Part shown: piece by piece, positions 17,366 to 26,305 of the stretch
How positions within the stretch are numbered: the first letter of the stretch is position 1
How the letters are laid out: every line of letters starts with the position of its first letter
From: Halomarina oriensis
Lineage (GTDB): Archaea > Halobacteriota > Halobacteria > Halobacteriales > Haloarculaceae
Assembly (NCBI RefSeq): GCF_009791395.1
Contig: NZ_WSZK01000023.1
Location: 22,665 to 86,664, forward strand
Length of the DNA stretch: 64,000 bases
Direction: 5' to 3'
Made by a program: the position numbers and the translations under genes
Notes under the pieces: generated by a model
Database searches by the model: none
What the model was told of the DNA's origin: nothing
Seen by the model: only the letters and a program-made list of their open reading frames with translations

Positions 17366-19393
17366 TTACTGCGGGCTCGGGGAGCCACGACCGGGCGACC
17401 CGGAGCCGGATTCGAGGGCCTGCCCGGTGATGTTCTTGAGCCGGTCGACCAGCGAGTCCTTCTCGGGTTCGCCGGCCAGCGCCACGTCCAGCACCTCGCT
17501 GATGTGGCTGACCGGGATGATCTCGATCTGGTCTTTGAACTCGTCTTCGATCATCACGTCCTGCATGTTCGCCGCCGGGATGATGACGGTGTCCATGCCG
17601 GCCTTCGCGGCGGCCTCGATCTTGTGGGTGACCCCGCCGACCGGGAGCACGTCGCCACGGACCGAGAGCGACCCGGTCATCGCCACGGACTGGCTGACCG
17701 GGATGTTCTCCAGCGCGCTGATGACCGCGGTGGCCATCGTGACGCTCGCGGAGTCGCCCTGGACGCCCTCGTAGCTCTGGACGTACTGGATGTGGATGTC
17801 CTGCTTCGAGATGTCCTCGTCGGAGAACTTCTTGAGGATGGCCGAGACGTTCATCACGGCCTCCTGGGCGATGTCCTGGAGCTTCCCGGTGGCGATGACC
17901 TCGCCGGGGCCCTGCGAGGGCGCGACCTCGGCCATGACGGGCATGACCATCCCGGAGTCGCCGCCCATGACCGCGAGGCCGTTGACCCGACCGACGACGT
18001 CGCCCTCCGCGACGGTCATGTCGTAGTCCTTGCGGCGCTCGATGTACTGGTCGGCGAGTTGCTGTTCGATGGAGCGACTACGGCGCTTGGCGCGGAGCAC
18101 GTGGTCGCGCGTCGTGTACTCGGCGTCCTCGGCGCGGGCGATGTCGCCCGCGACACGCACGAGGCCACCGAGATTCCGCAGTTCGAGGGTGAGGTGGCCC
18201 TTGCGCTGTGCACGGCGCTGGGCTTCGAGGATGACCTCCTCGACGGCCTCGTTGTCGAAGTGCGGCAGGCGGCCGTCCTTCTCGACCTCCTGGGCGATGA
18301 ACCGGGCGTACTTCCGGCGCATCTCCGGGGTGTCCTCGATGGTGTCGTCCATGTACACCTCGTACCCGTACCCCTTGATGCGCGAGCGGAGCGCCGGGTG
18401 CATGTTCTCCATCGCGTCCATGTTCCCGGCGGCGACCATGACGAAGTCCGTCGGGACGGGTTCGGTCTGGACCATCGCACCCGAGGAGCGCTCGCTCTGC
18501 CCGGTGATGGAGAACTCGCCCTCTTGGATGGCCGTCATCAGCTTCTGCTGGGAGCGGATGTCGAGCGTGTTGATCTCGTCGACGAACAGCACGCCCTTGT
18601 TCGACTTGTGAATCGCGCCGGCCTCGACGCGGTCGTGGCTCGGCGTCTCCATCCCGCCGGACTGGAACGGGTCGTGACGGACGTCGCCGAGCAGCGCGCC
18701 GGCGTGAGCACCCGTCGCGTCCTCGAACGGCGCGGTCTGGTGGTCGGCGTTGTTCACGAGGAGGTTCGGAATCATCGCGTCGCTGCCCCGCGAGGAGTAG
18801 CGGAACGCGAGGTAGATGACACCGGCCGCGAGGATGCCGAGGAGGACGGCCCCCTCGACGATGAGTGCGTAGCCGATGACGATGGCGATGATGATCCACA
18901 TGAGGAAGCTGCGCATCTGGTTGCGCTTGCGGGCCTCCTCCTTGTGGGCCTCGACGATCTGTTCACCTTTCCCTGCGGGAACGGTGCGAATCTTCGGCTC
19001 GTTGCCGTCGTCCGGGTTGTGGTAGACGAGGACGTCCTGGAGCTCCTCGCGGGGGAGGAGCTGACTCATCGCCTTGGCGAGCATCGACTTCCCCGTCCCC
19101 GGAGAGCCGATCATCATGACGTGGCGGCGCTGTTTGGCCGCCTTCAGGATGATGTCGCGGGCGTGGTCCTGCCCGATGACCTGGTCGACGAGACGGTCGG
19201 GGACCTCGATGTCGGCGGTGCTCCCTATCTGGAGTCCACCCAGGAGGTCGTCCGTCGCGTCCTCGTCGACGACCATGTCGGCAGAGACGTCGCGTCCGAG
19301 ATCAGGCTCGGTTCCCTCCGTGTCTGGCTGGTCGGCCGGAAGTTCGACCTCCCCATCCTCCGAGGGTACCTCGTCTGCGTTGTTGTCGCTCAT
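17366..19393 (-). CDS. lonB: Archaeal membrane-bound ATP-dependent Lon protease LonB, 675 aa
   Basis: AAA+ Walker A GSPGTGKS. TM insertion FLMWIIIAIVIGYALIVEGAVLLGILAAGVIYLAF inside the ATPase domain. C-terminal Lon protease domain with Ser-Lys dyad region. Confidence 0.9.
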   Translation of the reverse strand: MSDNNADEVPSEDGEVELPADQPDTEGTEPDLGRDVSADMVVDEDATDDLLGGLQIGSTADIEVPDRLVDQVIGQDHARDIILKAAKQRRHVMMIGSPGTGKSMLAKAMSQLLPREELQDVLVYHNPDDGNEPKIRTVPAGKGEQIVEAHKEEARKRNQMRSFLMWIIIAIVIGYALIVEGAVLLGILAAGVIYLAFRYSSRGSDAMIPNLLVNNADHQTAPFEDATGAHAGALLGDVRHDPFQSGGMETPSHDRVEAGAIHKSNKGVLFVDEINTLDIRSQQKLMTAIQEGEFSITGQSERSSGAMVQTEPVPTDFVMVAAGNMDAMENMHPALRSRIKGYGYEVYMDDTIEDTPEMRRKYARFIAQEVEKDGRLPHFDNEAVEEVILEAQRRAQRKGHLTLELRNLGGLVRVAGDIARAEDAEYTTRDHVLRAKRRSRSIEQQLADQYIERRKDYDMTVAEGDVVGRVNGLAVMGGDSGMVMPVMAEVAPSQGPGEVIATGKLQDIAQEAVMNVSAILKKFSDEDISKQDIHIQYVQSYEGVQGDSASVTMATAVISALENIPVSQSVAMTGSLSVRGDVLPVGGVTHKIEAAAKAGMDTVIIPAANMQDVMIEDEFKDQIEIIPVSHISEVLDVALAGEPEKDSLVDRLKNITGQALESGSGSPGRGSPSPQ

Positions 19394-19530
19394 AGAACCG
19401 TTGCTATCACCACAAACGACGGGCCGTCGATTGATATACTTTCTCCCGCTCCAGTCCCGTCCACACAGCCGAAAACGCCCGATTGCGGGCGAATGGGACG
19501 ATACGTCGCCAACGGGGGTACTCCGGAGTC

Positions 19531-19539
19531 CTTATTAAA
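19531..19539 (+). promoter_or_regulatory. TATA-like CTTATTAAA, 21-29 nt upstream of the nadM ATG. GGAGG lies 4-9 nt upstream of the ATG.
   Basis: Divergent intergenic region between lonB and nadM (19394-19559). Confidence 0.3.
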
Positions 19540-19559
19540 CGAGCGCCACAGGGAGGAGT

Positions 19560-20084
19560 ATGCTGCGGGGGTGCTACATCGGCCGCTTCCAGCCCTATCA
19601 CGACGGTCATCACCGGATGGTCGAGGAGATCGCCGAAGAGGTGGACGAACTCGTGCTCGGTATCGGGAGCGCCGACCTGTCACACACCACACACGACCCG
19701 TTCACCGGCGGCGAGCGACTCATGATGATCACGAAGGCCGTCGCGGACCTCGACATCATCTCCTACGCCGTACCGCTCGAGGACCTCAACCGGAACGCCG
19801 TCTGGGTCAGCCACGTCGAGAGCATGTCCCCGAAGTTCGACGTCGCCTACTCGAACAATCCGCTCGTGATTCGCCTCTTCGAGGAGGCCGGCACGGAGGT
19901 CCGCTCCTCGCCGATGTTCCGGCGCGACGAACTCGAGGGCTCCGAGGTCCGCGAGCGCATCCGGACCGACGGCGACTGGCGCGGCCTCGTCCCCGACGCC
20001 GTCGAGGAGGTCGTCGACGAGATAGACGGCGTCGGCCGCCTCCGACAGGTCTCACAGAGCGACTCCAACGGGAACGGGCTCTGA
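19560..20084 (+). CDS. nadM: Nicotinamide-nucleotide adenylyltransferase (archaeal NMNAT), 174 aa
   Basis: Nucleotidyltransferase HxGH variant (GRFQPYHDGHHRMV) and archaeal NMNAT architecture. Confidence 0.85.
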   Translation: MLRGCYIGRFQPYHDGHHRMVEEIAEEVDELVLGIGSADLSHTTHDPFTGGERLMMITKAVADLDIISYAVPLEDLNRNAVWVSHVESMSPKFDVAYSNNPLVIRLFEEAGTEVRSSPMFRRDELEGSEVRERIRTDGDWRGLVPDAVEEVVDEIDGVGRLRQVSQSDSNGNGL

Positions 20085-20095
20085 CCGGCCCGGAC

Positions 20096-20644
20096 TCAGT
20101 CACGGTGCTCCCCGACGGTCTCGATGGCCCGGAGCACCTGCTCCAGCCCCGACGCACGCAACTGCGGCGGGTCAGCGACCAGTTCCTCGCGCGACCAGAA
20201 CCGGGCGTCCACGGCGTCGTCGCCCGCTTCGAGCGTGCCGGTCGCGTCCGCGACGTCGCCGACGTAGTCGATCGAGACCATCGTCAGTCCGCTCTGGAAC
20301 CGCAGGAACCCGGTTCCGAGGAGCGTCAGGTCGTCGGGGTGTATCGAGAGGCCGGTCTCCTCGGCGAGTTCACGGGCCGCACCGACGGCCGGTGGTTCCT
20401 GATGGTCGAGGTGCCCGCCTGCGAGTGCCCACTCCCCGACGTTCGAGCCACGACCACGTGCGACGAGCAGTGCGCTGTCGCCGTCGACGAGCGTCGCTCG
20501 ACCCATCGGCACGGGGTTGCGATACAGCGTCCGCTCACAGGAATCGCAGTACGGCAGGTCCCAGCCCTCGTGACTCCGAGCCCCCAGTGACTCGCCACAC
20601 CACGGGCAGTACTCGGGCGGAGCGCCCTGTATCGTCCACGCCAT
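20096..20644 (-). CDS. NUDIX hydrolase with N-terminal zinc ribbon (NudC/NADH-pyrophosphatase-like architecture), 182 aa
   Basis: CPWCG...CDSC zinc ribbon followed by Nudix box GGHLDHQEPPAVGAARELAEETGL. Likely start is the internal Met MAWTIQG (ATG 20644). Confidence 0.7.
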   Translation of the reverse strand: MAWTIQGAPPEYCPWCGESLGARSHEGWDLPYCDSCERTLYRNPVPMGRATLVDGDSALLVARGRGSNVGEWALAGGHLDHQEPPAVGAARELAEETGLSIHPDDLTLLGTGFLRFQSGLTMVSIDYVGDVADATGTLEAGDDAVDARFWSREELVADPPQLRASGLEQVLRAIETVGEHRD

Positions 20645-20721
20645 GTCGGACCGTCCGGGAGCGAGCCGAAAGCGTCCCCGGTTCCGATTGCGTTTAGCCG
20701 TTCGCACCCGGACCGTCGAGT

Positions 20722-21513
20722 ATGATTACTCTCGCGTCGGACTTCGGGACGCCCTACCCCGCCGCGATGCGCGGCGTGATTCTCGACCGCTGTGACGCCC
20801 GTGTCGTCGACGTCGCTCACGACCTCCCCAGACAGGACGTGCGAGCGAGTGCGTTCTGGTTGCGCGAGACGCTGCCGTGGTTCCCGCCGGCCGTCCACTG
20901 CGCCGTCGTCGACCCCGGCGTCGGCACCGACCGGGCGGCGCTCGTCGTCCGCGTCGGCGACCACGCGCTCGTCGGCCCGGACAACGGTCTGCTCTTGCCG
21001 CCCGCTCGTGAGATAGCCGAACGAACCGACGCGACGGTCGAGACCTTCGACTGGCACGTCGACGACCCGGCGAGTTCGACGTTCCACGGTCGAGACGTGT
21101 TCGCGCCGGCCGCGGCCGCCGTCCACGAGGCCGGTGTCGACGCCATCGGGACGCTCGACGCCGCGACACCGACCGACGAGTTCGTCGACCTGCGGTTTCC
21201 CGACCCCGAAATCGCGGCCAGCGCCACCTCCGCGACCGGCGAGGTGCTCGTCGTCGACGGCTTCGGCAACGTCGTGACGAACCTCCCCGGTGACCTGCTC
21301 GCCGGCCGCGAACGCGTCCACGTCGGTCCGGTCGACGCGAGCGGTGGCGCGGTCTACCCGGTCACACCCGCGTACGCCCACACCGAGGCCGGCGAACCGC
21401 TGGTGACGGTCGGGAGTCACGGCAACGTCGAACTGGCCGTGAATCGGGGGCGTGGTGACGAACTGTTCGGCCTGGCCGTCGGCGACGGCGTCCGGGTGAC
21501 GGTCGAACGCTGA
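20722..21513 (+). CDS. S-adenosyl-L-methionine hydroxide adenosyltransferase family protein (DUF62; fluorinase/chlorinase-like SAM hydrolase), 263 aa
   Basis: N-terminal ITLASDFG... and overall DUF62 architecture. Confidence 0.78.
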   Translation: MITLASDFGTPYPAAMRGVILDRCDARVVDVAHDLPRQDVRASAFWLRETLPWFPPAVHCAVVDPGVGTDRAALVVRVGDHALVGPDNGLLLPPAREIAERTDATVETFDWHVDDPASSTFHGRDVFAPAAAAVHEAGVDAIGTLDAATPTDEFVDLRFPDPEIAASATSATGEVLVVDGFGNVVTNLPGDLLAGRERVHVGPVDASGGAVYPVTPAYAHTEAGEPLVTVGSHGNVELAVNRGRGDELFGLAVGDGVRVTVER

Positions 21514-22127
21514 TGGTGGACGCCTTCACCGTGATGAACGCGCTCGGCCTGCTCGCGTTCGCTGCGGCGGGTGCACTCAAGGGTGCGGAGGCGGACCTCG
21601 ACCTGTTCGGCGTCGTGGTGCTCGGCGTGCTGACGGCGCTCGGTGGCGGGACGCTCCGGGACGTGCTGGTCGGCCGAGTCCCGGCCGCACTCCGGTCGAC
21701 CGCGGACGTGACCGTCGCGTTCGTCGGCGTGGCCCTCGCCGTCGCGTTCGTCGTCCTCAGCGAGGACGTCCGGGGCCACCCCGCGCTGGTCGTCTCGGAC
21801 GCCGTCGGACTGGCGGCGTTCGCCGCGACGGGCGCACTCGTCGGCGTCGAGGCCGGTCTCTCGCCGTTCGGCGTCGTCGTGCTGGCGACGCTCACCGGCG
21901 TCGGCGGCGGGAGCCTGGCCGACCTGCTGTTGACGCGCGTCCCCGTCGTCCTCCGGGAGGACTTCTACGCGACACCGGCGGCCGTCGGCGGTGCGGGCTT
22001 CTGGGCGGCGACGGTGGGGGGTGCTACCTCCGAGCAGGCACTGCTCGGCACCGCCGTCGCCGTGTTCGCGGTACGAATGCTGGCGGTCCGTGGCGACTGG
22101 CGACTGCCGACGCTCTCGGCGGTCTGA
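21513..22127 (+). CDS. UPF0126 (TRIC-type trimeric cation channel / YadS-YicG family) membrane protein, 204 aa
   Basis: Two internal repeats, each with GGG(T/S)LxD (LTALGGGTLRDVL ... LTGVGGGSLADLL). ATG overlaps the previous stop (TGATG). Confidence 0.75.
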   Translation: MVDAFTVMNALGLLAFAAAGALKGAEADLDLFGVVVLGVLTALGGGTLRDVLVGRVPAALRSTADVTVAFVGVALAVAFVVLSEDVRGHPALVVSDAVGLAAFAATGALVGVEAGLSPFGVVVLATLTGVGGGSLADLLLTRVPVVLREDFYATPAAVGGAGFWAATVGGATSEQALLGTAVAVFAVRMLAVRGDWRLPTLSAV

Positions 22128-22177
22128 GCGGCACACGAGGTGACGGCCCAGAGCCGGCCGTCGGGACGTATCCGGCC

Positions 22178-22666
22178 ATGAATGGTCAAGGAGAACGCTG
22201 GTACGAGGGGCACGACGAGTCGTGCCCCATGAGCGATGGGAAGTTGGGGCTGAGCGGGGCGACGGCCATCGGTCTCGGCGGGATGATCGGTGGCGGCGTC
22301 TTCTCGGTGCTCGGTGTCGTCGCCGCCATCGCCGGGGCCGCGGCGTGGGCGGCGTTCACCGCCTACGGCAGCCTCTCGGGCATCACCTCGTTCGGGTCAC
22401 TGGCGTTCATCGTCGTCTTCGGCGTCATGAGCTTCATCGCCTTCCAGCGCCGCGACGAGGACGCGATTCGCGGAGCGATTCCCACCCTCGGCGTGCTGGG
22501 GACGACCGCCGCGTTCCCGCTGCTCCTCTACCACCTCTACACCGCCGAGCGGGGCACGTTCTACGCCGTCGCGCTCGTCTCCGTCGCCGTGGTCGCCGTC
22601 GAACTGCTCTACTTCGAGCGCGACGAACTCGCCGACCTGGTCGCGGAAGCCGAACGGCAGGTCTGA
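22178..22666 (+). CDS. Short membrane protein whose N-terminus resembles TM1 of APC-superfamily amino-acid permeases. Possible transporter remnant.
   Basis: LGLSGATAIGLGGMIGGGVFSVLG matches the APC TM1 signature (G-x-x-I-G-x-G-I/V-F). The protein has only about 4 TMs (162 aa) instead of 12. Confidence 0.4.
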   Translation: MNGQGERWYEGHDESCPMSDGKLGLSGATAIGLGGMIGGGVFSVLGVVAAIAGAAAWAAFTAYGSLSGITSFGSLAFIVVFGVMSFIAFQRRDEDAIRGAIPTLGVLGTTAAFPLLLYHLYTAERGTFYAVALVSVAVVAVELLYFERDELADLVAEAERQV

Positions 22667-23460
22667 GCGACGGGACTCGGAGAGACGGCCACCGGTCGTG
22701 CGTCGGCGGTTCGGTCCCCCTCGGTGAGCCAGTCCGCGACGGCCGTGGCGACACGCTGACGGGCCTCGACGTTCGGAATCGTCCCGTCGGTGTCGGCCTG
22801 CCCCGAGTAGACGCCGACCTGCGTGTGGTTCATCCCCTCGACGGCGACGAACCGCGCGTCGTCGGGGACGAGGGCACGCGAACGTTCGACGGCCGCGCGG
22901 TTCACGACGCTGTCACGAGTGCCGACGACGGTCAGCACGTCGAGGTCCGTGTCGCGCACGTCGGCCTCACAGTACGCGCCGAGCAGGACGACACCCGCCA
23001 GTTCGTCGGCGTTCGCATCCGCGTACCGACAGGCCATCGCCCCGCCCAGCGAGTGGCCGCCGACGTACCACCGGTCGACGTCGGGGTGTGCATCGACGAC
23101 GGCGCTCGCCGCGTCGACGTCGAGGATGGCGAGGTTCAGCGGCACGTCGACGAGATGCACCGCCATCCCGGCTTCCCGAGCGACGTCACCCGCGAGCGGA
23201 ACGTACGCTTCGGTCGGGACGAGCGCACCGGGGTAGAGGATCAGACCCTCGGCGGGGTCGCTTCCGGCGGGGCGGACAGTGAGTCCCGAGTCCGTCTCTT
23301 CGACCGTGAGCGTCGGGTCGTCTCCGACGGCTTCGATGGCCCGCTCGTCGACCGGGTACGGGACGAGGAAGTAGACCCCGACGCCGGCGGCGACGACGAG
23401 CACGGCGACCAGCCAGACGGCGAGGCGTTCCCGATTGCGAGCGAACCACGCGCGAATCAC
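22609..23460 (-). CDS. Alpha/beta hydrolase fold protein with N-terminal membrane anchor, 283 aa
   Basis: Nucleophile elbow GGHSLGG, downstream His, N-terminal TM. The 3' end overlaps the convergent gene by about 58 nt. Confidence 0.7.
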   Translation of the reverse strand: MIRAWFARNRERLAVWLVAVLVVAAGVGVYFLVPYPVDERAIEAVGDDPTLTVEETDSGLTVRPAGSDPAEGLILYPGALVPTEAYVPLAGDVAREAGMAVHLVDVPLNLAILDVDAASAVVDAHPDVDRWYVGGHSLGGAMACRYADANADELAGVVLLGAYCEADVRDTDLDVLTVVGTRDSVVNRAAVERSRALVPDDARFVAVEGMNHTQVGVYSGQADTDGTIPNVEARQRVATAVADWLTEGDRTADARPVAVSPSPVAQTCRSASATRSASSSRSK

Positions 23461-23601
23461 GGCGTCGCTACTCGGCGCGTGGACAAGAATGACGCGGCGC
23501 TCGCCGGCGTGTGAAAGAAACGAGGAGTCGGGGTGAGTGCGCGCTGCCTCGCGGTTACACCGCTCGGCTCGGCCGCGGTTCTCGCTCCGCTTCGAACCGC
23601 G

Positions 23602-25173
23602 CTAGTTCGAGGCGATGACGTCGTCGATACGGACGATCATCGTCGCGGCCTCGGTGGCGCTCTCGATGGCCTCGCGCTTGACGGCGGCGGGGTCGACGAT
23701 GCCCGCTTCGATGGGGTCGCCGATCTCGCCGGCTTCGGGCGTCGTGACGATGCCCGAACGGCCCTCGCTCTCGAACGTCGAGCGGAGTTCGACGAGTGCG
23801 TCGATGGGGTCCATGCCGGCGTTCGCGGCGAGCGTGCGCGGCAGGACGTCGAGCGCATCGGCGAACGCCTCGACGGCGAGCTGTTTGCGGCCGGTGATGG
23901 AGGCGGCCTCGGTGCGGATGTGGTCGGCGATGGCGATTTCGGTCGCGCCGGCACCGGGGACGACGCCGCCCTTGTCGAGCGCGGCGGTCGTCACGTCGAG
24001 CGCGTCGTTGAGTGCGCGTTCGAGTTCGTCGACGACGTGCTCGGTGCCGCCGCGGGCGAAGACGGTGACCGTCTCGGCCTCCGCGCCGCCCTCGACGAAC
24101 GTCAGTTCGTCGTCGCCGTACTTCTCGACGCGGACGAGGTCGGCGTGGCCGAAGTCCTCGGTGTCGAGGTCCGAGAGCGTGCCGACGCGCTTCGCGCCGG
24201 TCGCGCGGGCGATGGACGTCGCCTCGTCGTCGCTGACGGACTCGAAGGCGAGGATGCCCTCGCTGGCGAGGAAGGAGGCGACCCGGTCGTCGATGTCGCC
24301 GGTGACGAACGCGACGTCCACGCCGGACTCCTTGAGGCTCTCGGCGTAGCCCCGGAGTTCGTCCTCCTCGGCGGTCAGGGCGGCTTCGAGCTGGTCGATG
24401 TCGGTGATGTTGTACTCGGCGTCGATCTCGCCCTCACGGACTTCGAGGTCGAGGTTGAGCACGCCGATGGTGGCGTCCTCGACGCGGCGAGGCATGTTCT
24501 CGTGGACGGGTTCGTCGTCGCTGACGACGCCCTCGACGAGGTCGGTCGCGCTGGAACTCGAGCCGACACGGGTGCGGACGGTGACGTTGTCGCGCTGGAC
24601 CTTCTCGCCGTCGTGGACCTGCCGGATGGCCTTGACGACCGTCTCGGCGAGCGGGCCGGCACCGACGTCGCCGGTGCCCTTCCCGGTCATCGACGAGCGG
24701 GCGACCTTCCGGAGCAGGTCGTCGTCGAGTTCCTCGTCGAGTACCTGCCCGTCGATGGCCTCCTGAGCGAGGCGAGCGGCCTCGTGGTAGCCCTCGACGA
24801 TGGCCGTCGGGTGGACGTCGTCTTCGAGCAGGTCCTCGGCACGGGCGAGCAGTTCGCCCGAGAGCACGGACGCCGTCGTCGTCCCGTCGCCGACCTCCTC
24901 CTCCTGGGTCGTGGCGACCTCGACGATCATCTGCGCGGCGGGGTGCTCGATGTCCATCCGTTCGAGGATGGTCGCCCCGTCGTTCGTGATGGTGACGTCA
25001 CCGGAGTCCGAGACGAGCATCTTGTCCATCCCGCGCGGACCGAGTGTGGTCCGGACGGCGTTGCTCACCGCTTTCCCGGCCGCGATGTTCGAGGACTGAG
25101 CGTCCTGTCCCCGAGTTCGCTGGCTGTCCTCCGAGAGGATGAACATCGGCTGACCGCGCATCTGTTGAGCCAT
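23602..25173 (-). CDS. Thermosome (group II chaperonin) subunit, about 523 aa
   Basis: Chaperonin TCP-1 signatures (GPRGMDKML, equatorial ATP-binding GDGTTT). The start at [13 protein letters not shown] (ATG 25173) places the ATG 28-35 nt downstream of a TATA box. The listed 25188 start is also possible. Confidence 0.9.
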   Translation of the reverse strand: MAQQMRGQPMFILSEDSQRTRGQDAQSSNIAAGKAVSNAVRTTLGPRGMDKMLVSDSGDVTITNDGATILERMDIEHPAAQMIVEVATTQEEEVGDGTTTASVLSGELLARAEDLLEDDVHPTAIVEGYHEAARLAQEAIDGQVLDEELDDDLLRKVARSSMTGKGTGDVGAGPLAETVVKAIRQVHDGEKVQRDNVTVRTRVGSSSSATDLVEGVVSDDEPVHENMPRRVEDATIGVLNLDLEVREGEIDAEYNITDIDQLEAALTAEEDELRGYAESLKESGVDVAFVTGDIDDRVASFLASEGILAFESVSDDEATSIARATGAKRVGTLSDLDTEDFGHADLVRVEKYGDDELTFVEGGAEAETVTVFARGGTEHVVDELERALNDALDVTTAALDKGGVVPGAGATEIAIADHIRTEAASITGRKQLAVEAFADALDVLPRTLAANAGMDPIDALVELRSTFESEGRSGIVTTPEAGEIGDPIEAGIVDPAAVKREAIESATEAATMIVRIDDVIASN

Positions 25174-25197
25174 AATCAATCGGGACATGGTTTGCGA

Positions 25198-25208
25198 TTC
25201 TATATAAA
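25198..25208 (-). promoter_or_regulatory. TATA box (minus-strand TTTTATATAGA) for the thermosome gene
   Basis: The forward strand shows TTCTATATAAAA just upstream of the thermosome ATG in an AT-rich patch. Confidence 0.45.
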
Positions 25209-25285
25209 ACTGTCGTCGGAGGCGTCGAAAACCGCGTCACGGAACGCCATGCCACGCTACCGCATGACGAGGGTGGTCGTGCTTA

Positions 25286-26272
25286 TCAGTCGCTCGACCC
25301 GTCCCGCCGGTCGTAGACGGCGACGGCCCGGTCACCGCGCGTCGAGAGGCCACTCGGGTTCCGGACGGACGAGCGGTCGCGGAACCGAGCGCCGACGCCG
25401 TCTTTGAGGCCGACGAGCGCCCCGACGGCCACGTCCGACCCGTTAGCCCACCACTTCGACGGTGAGGACTCGCCGCGGGCGACGTCGGCGAGCGCTCGTC
25501 CGCCGTCGCCGAACGCGTGTCTCGTGACCCGCCACGCGGTCGACGGCGTCCCGTAGTTCTTCGTGAGACGGTAAGAGAGCGACCGATACCGCCAGTACCA
25601 GTCGCGCTGGTGCTCGCCACCGTCCGCCCGGAGTGAGGGCTGGCGTATCTCGCCCGCCGTCTCCTCGCGGCAGACGGTCATCTTCGGGAGCCACTCCACG
25701 TCGTAGCCCGCGGCGGCGAGACGGTGGGCCGCGTCCCGCGCACCGCCGGTCAGCAGGTACTCGTCGAACCCGTCGACGGCGTCGAGCACCTCACGGGCGA
25801 ACGCGACGTTCCCGCCGGCGAAGTACGTCACCGACCGACCGCCGATGGCCCGGCGTTCGGCGGACTCGGTGCTCACGCCACCTCGGAGCGACCGGTGGAC
25901 CGGCCCGGTGACGACCGAGGCGAGGTCCGGTCCGTGGCCGCTGGCGCGGTGACCGCCGGCCGTTCCGTCGAGTGACTCGCGGATAGCGTCGCTCCACCCG
26001 GCTTCGACGGTGTACGCGTAGTCGAGGAAGGCGATGGCGTCCCCGCTCGCCCGCTCGATGCCGGCGTTCCGGGCGACGTTGACGTTCCGCTCGTCTATCT
26101 CGACGAGCACGTCGACGTCCGAACGGTCACGGACCATCCCCGTCGTCCCGTCGACGCTCGGGCCGTTGACGACGAGCGTCTCGGCGTCGGGGGCGTGTGT
26201 CCGCAGGGAGTCGAGACAGCGACGCAGGTGCTCCCGGCCGTTGAGCGTCGGAACGACTACCGAGAGCTTCAT
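25286..26272 (-). CDS. Family-2 glycosyltransferase (GT-A fold), about 328 aa
   Basis: KLSVVVPTLNG start typical of GT2. Acidic DxD-type motif region LVEIDE/FLDYAY. Confidence 0.75.
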   Translation of the reverse strand: MKLSVVVPTLNGREHLRRCLDSLRTHAPDAETLVVNGPSVDGTTGMVRDRSDVDVLVEIDERNVNVARNAGIERASGDAIAFLDYAYTVEAGWSDAIRESLDGTAGGHRASGHGPDLASVVTGPVHRSLRGGVSTESAERRAIGGRSVTYFAGGNVAFAREVLDAVDGFDEYLLTGGARDAAHRLAAAGYDVEWLPKMTVCREETAGEIRQPSLRADGGEHQRDWYWRYRSLSYRLTKNYGTPSTAWRVTRHAFGDGGRALADVARGESSPSKWWANGSDVAVGALVGLKDGVGARFRDRSSVRNPSGLSTRGDRAVAVYDRRDGSSD

Positions 26273-26305
26273 ACCTCTCACAGATGGTCCGGAGTGATAA
26301 AAGCG

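Noticed and set aside
17363-20590. 1075-aa plus-strand ORF spanning lonB, nadM and the nudix gene
   Set aside because: Low-complexity Arg/Gly/Asp composition. It crosses several well-supported genes on both strands.
20326-21420. 364-aa minus-strand ORF
   Set aside because: Antisense to the DUF62 SAM-hydrolase gene. Junk composition.
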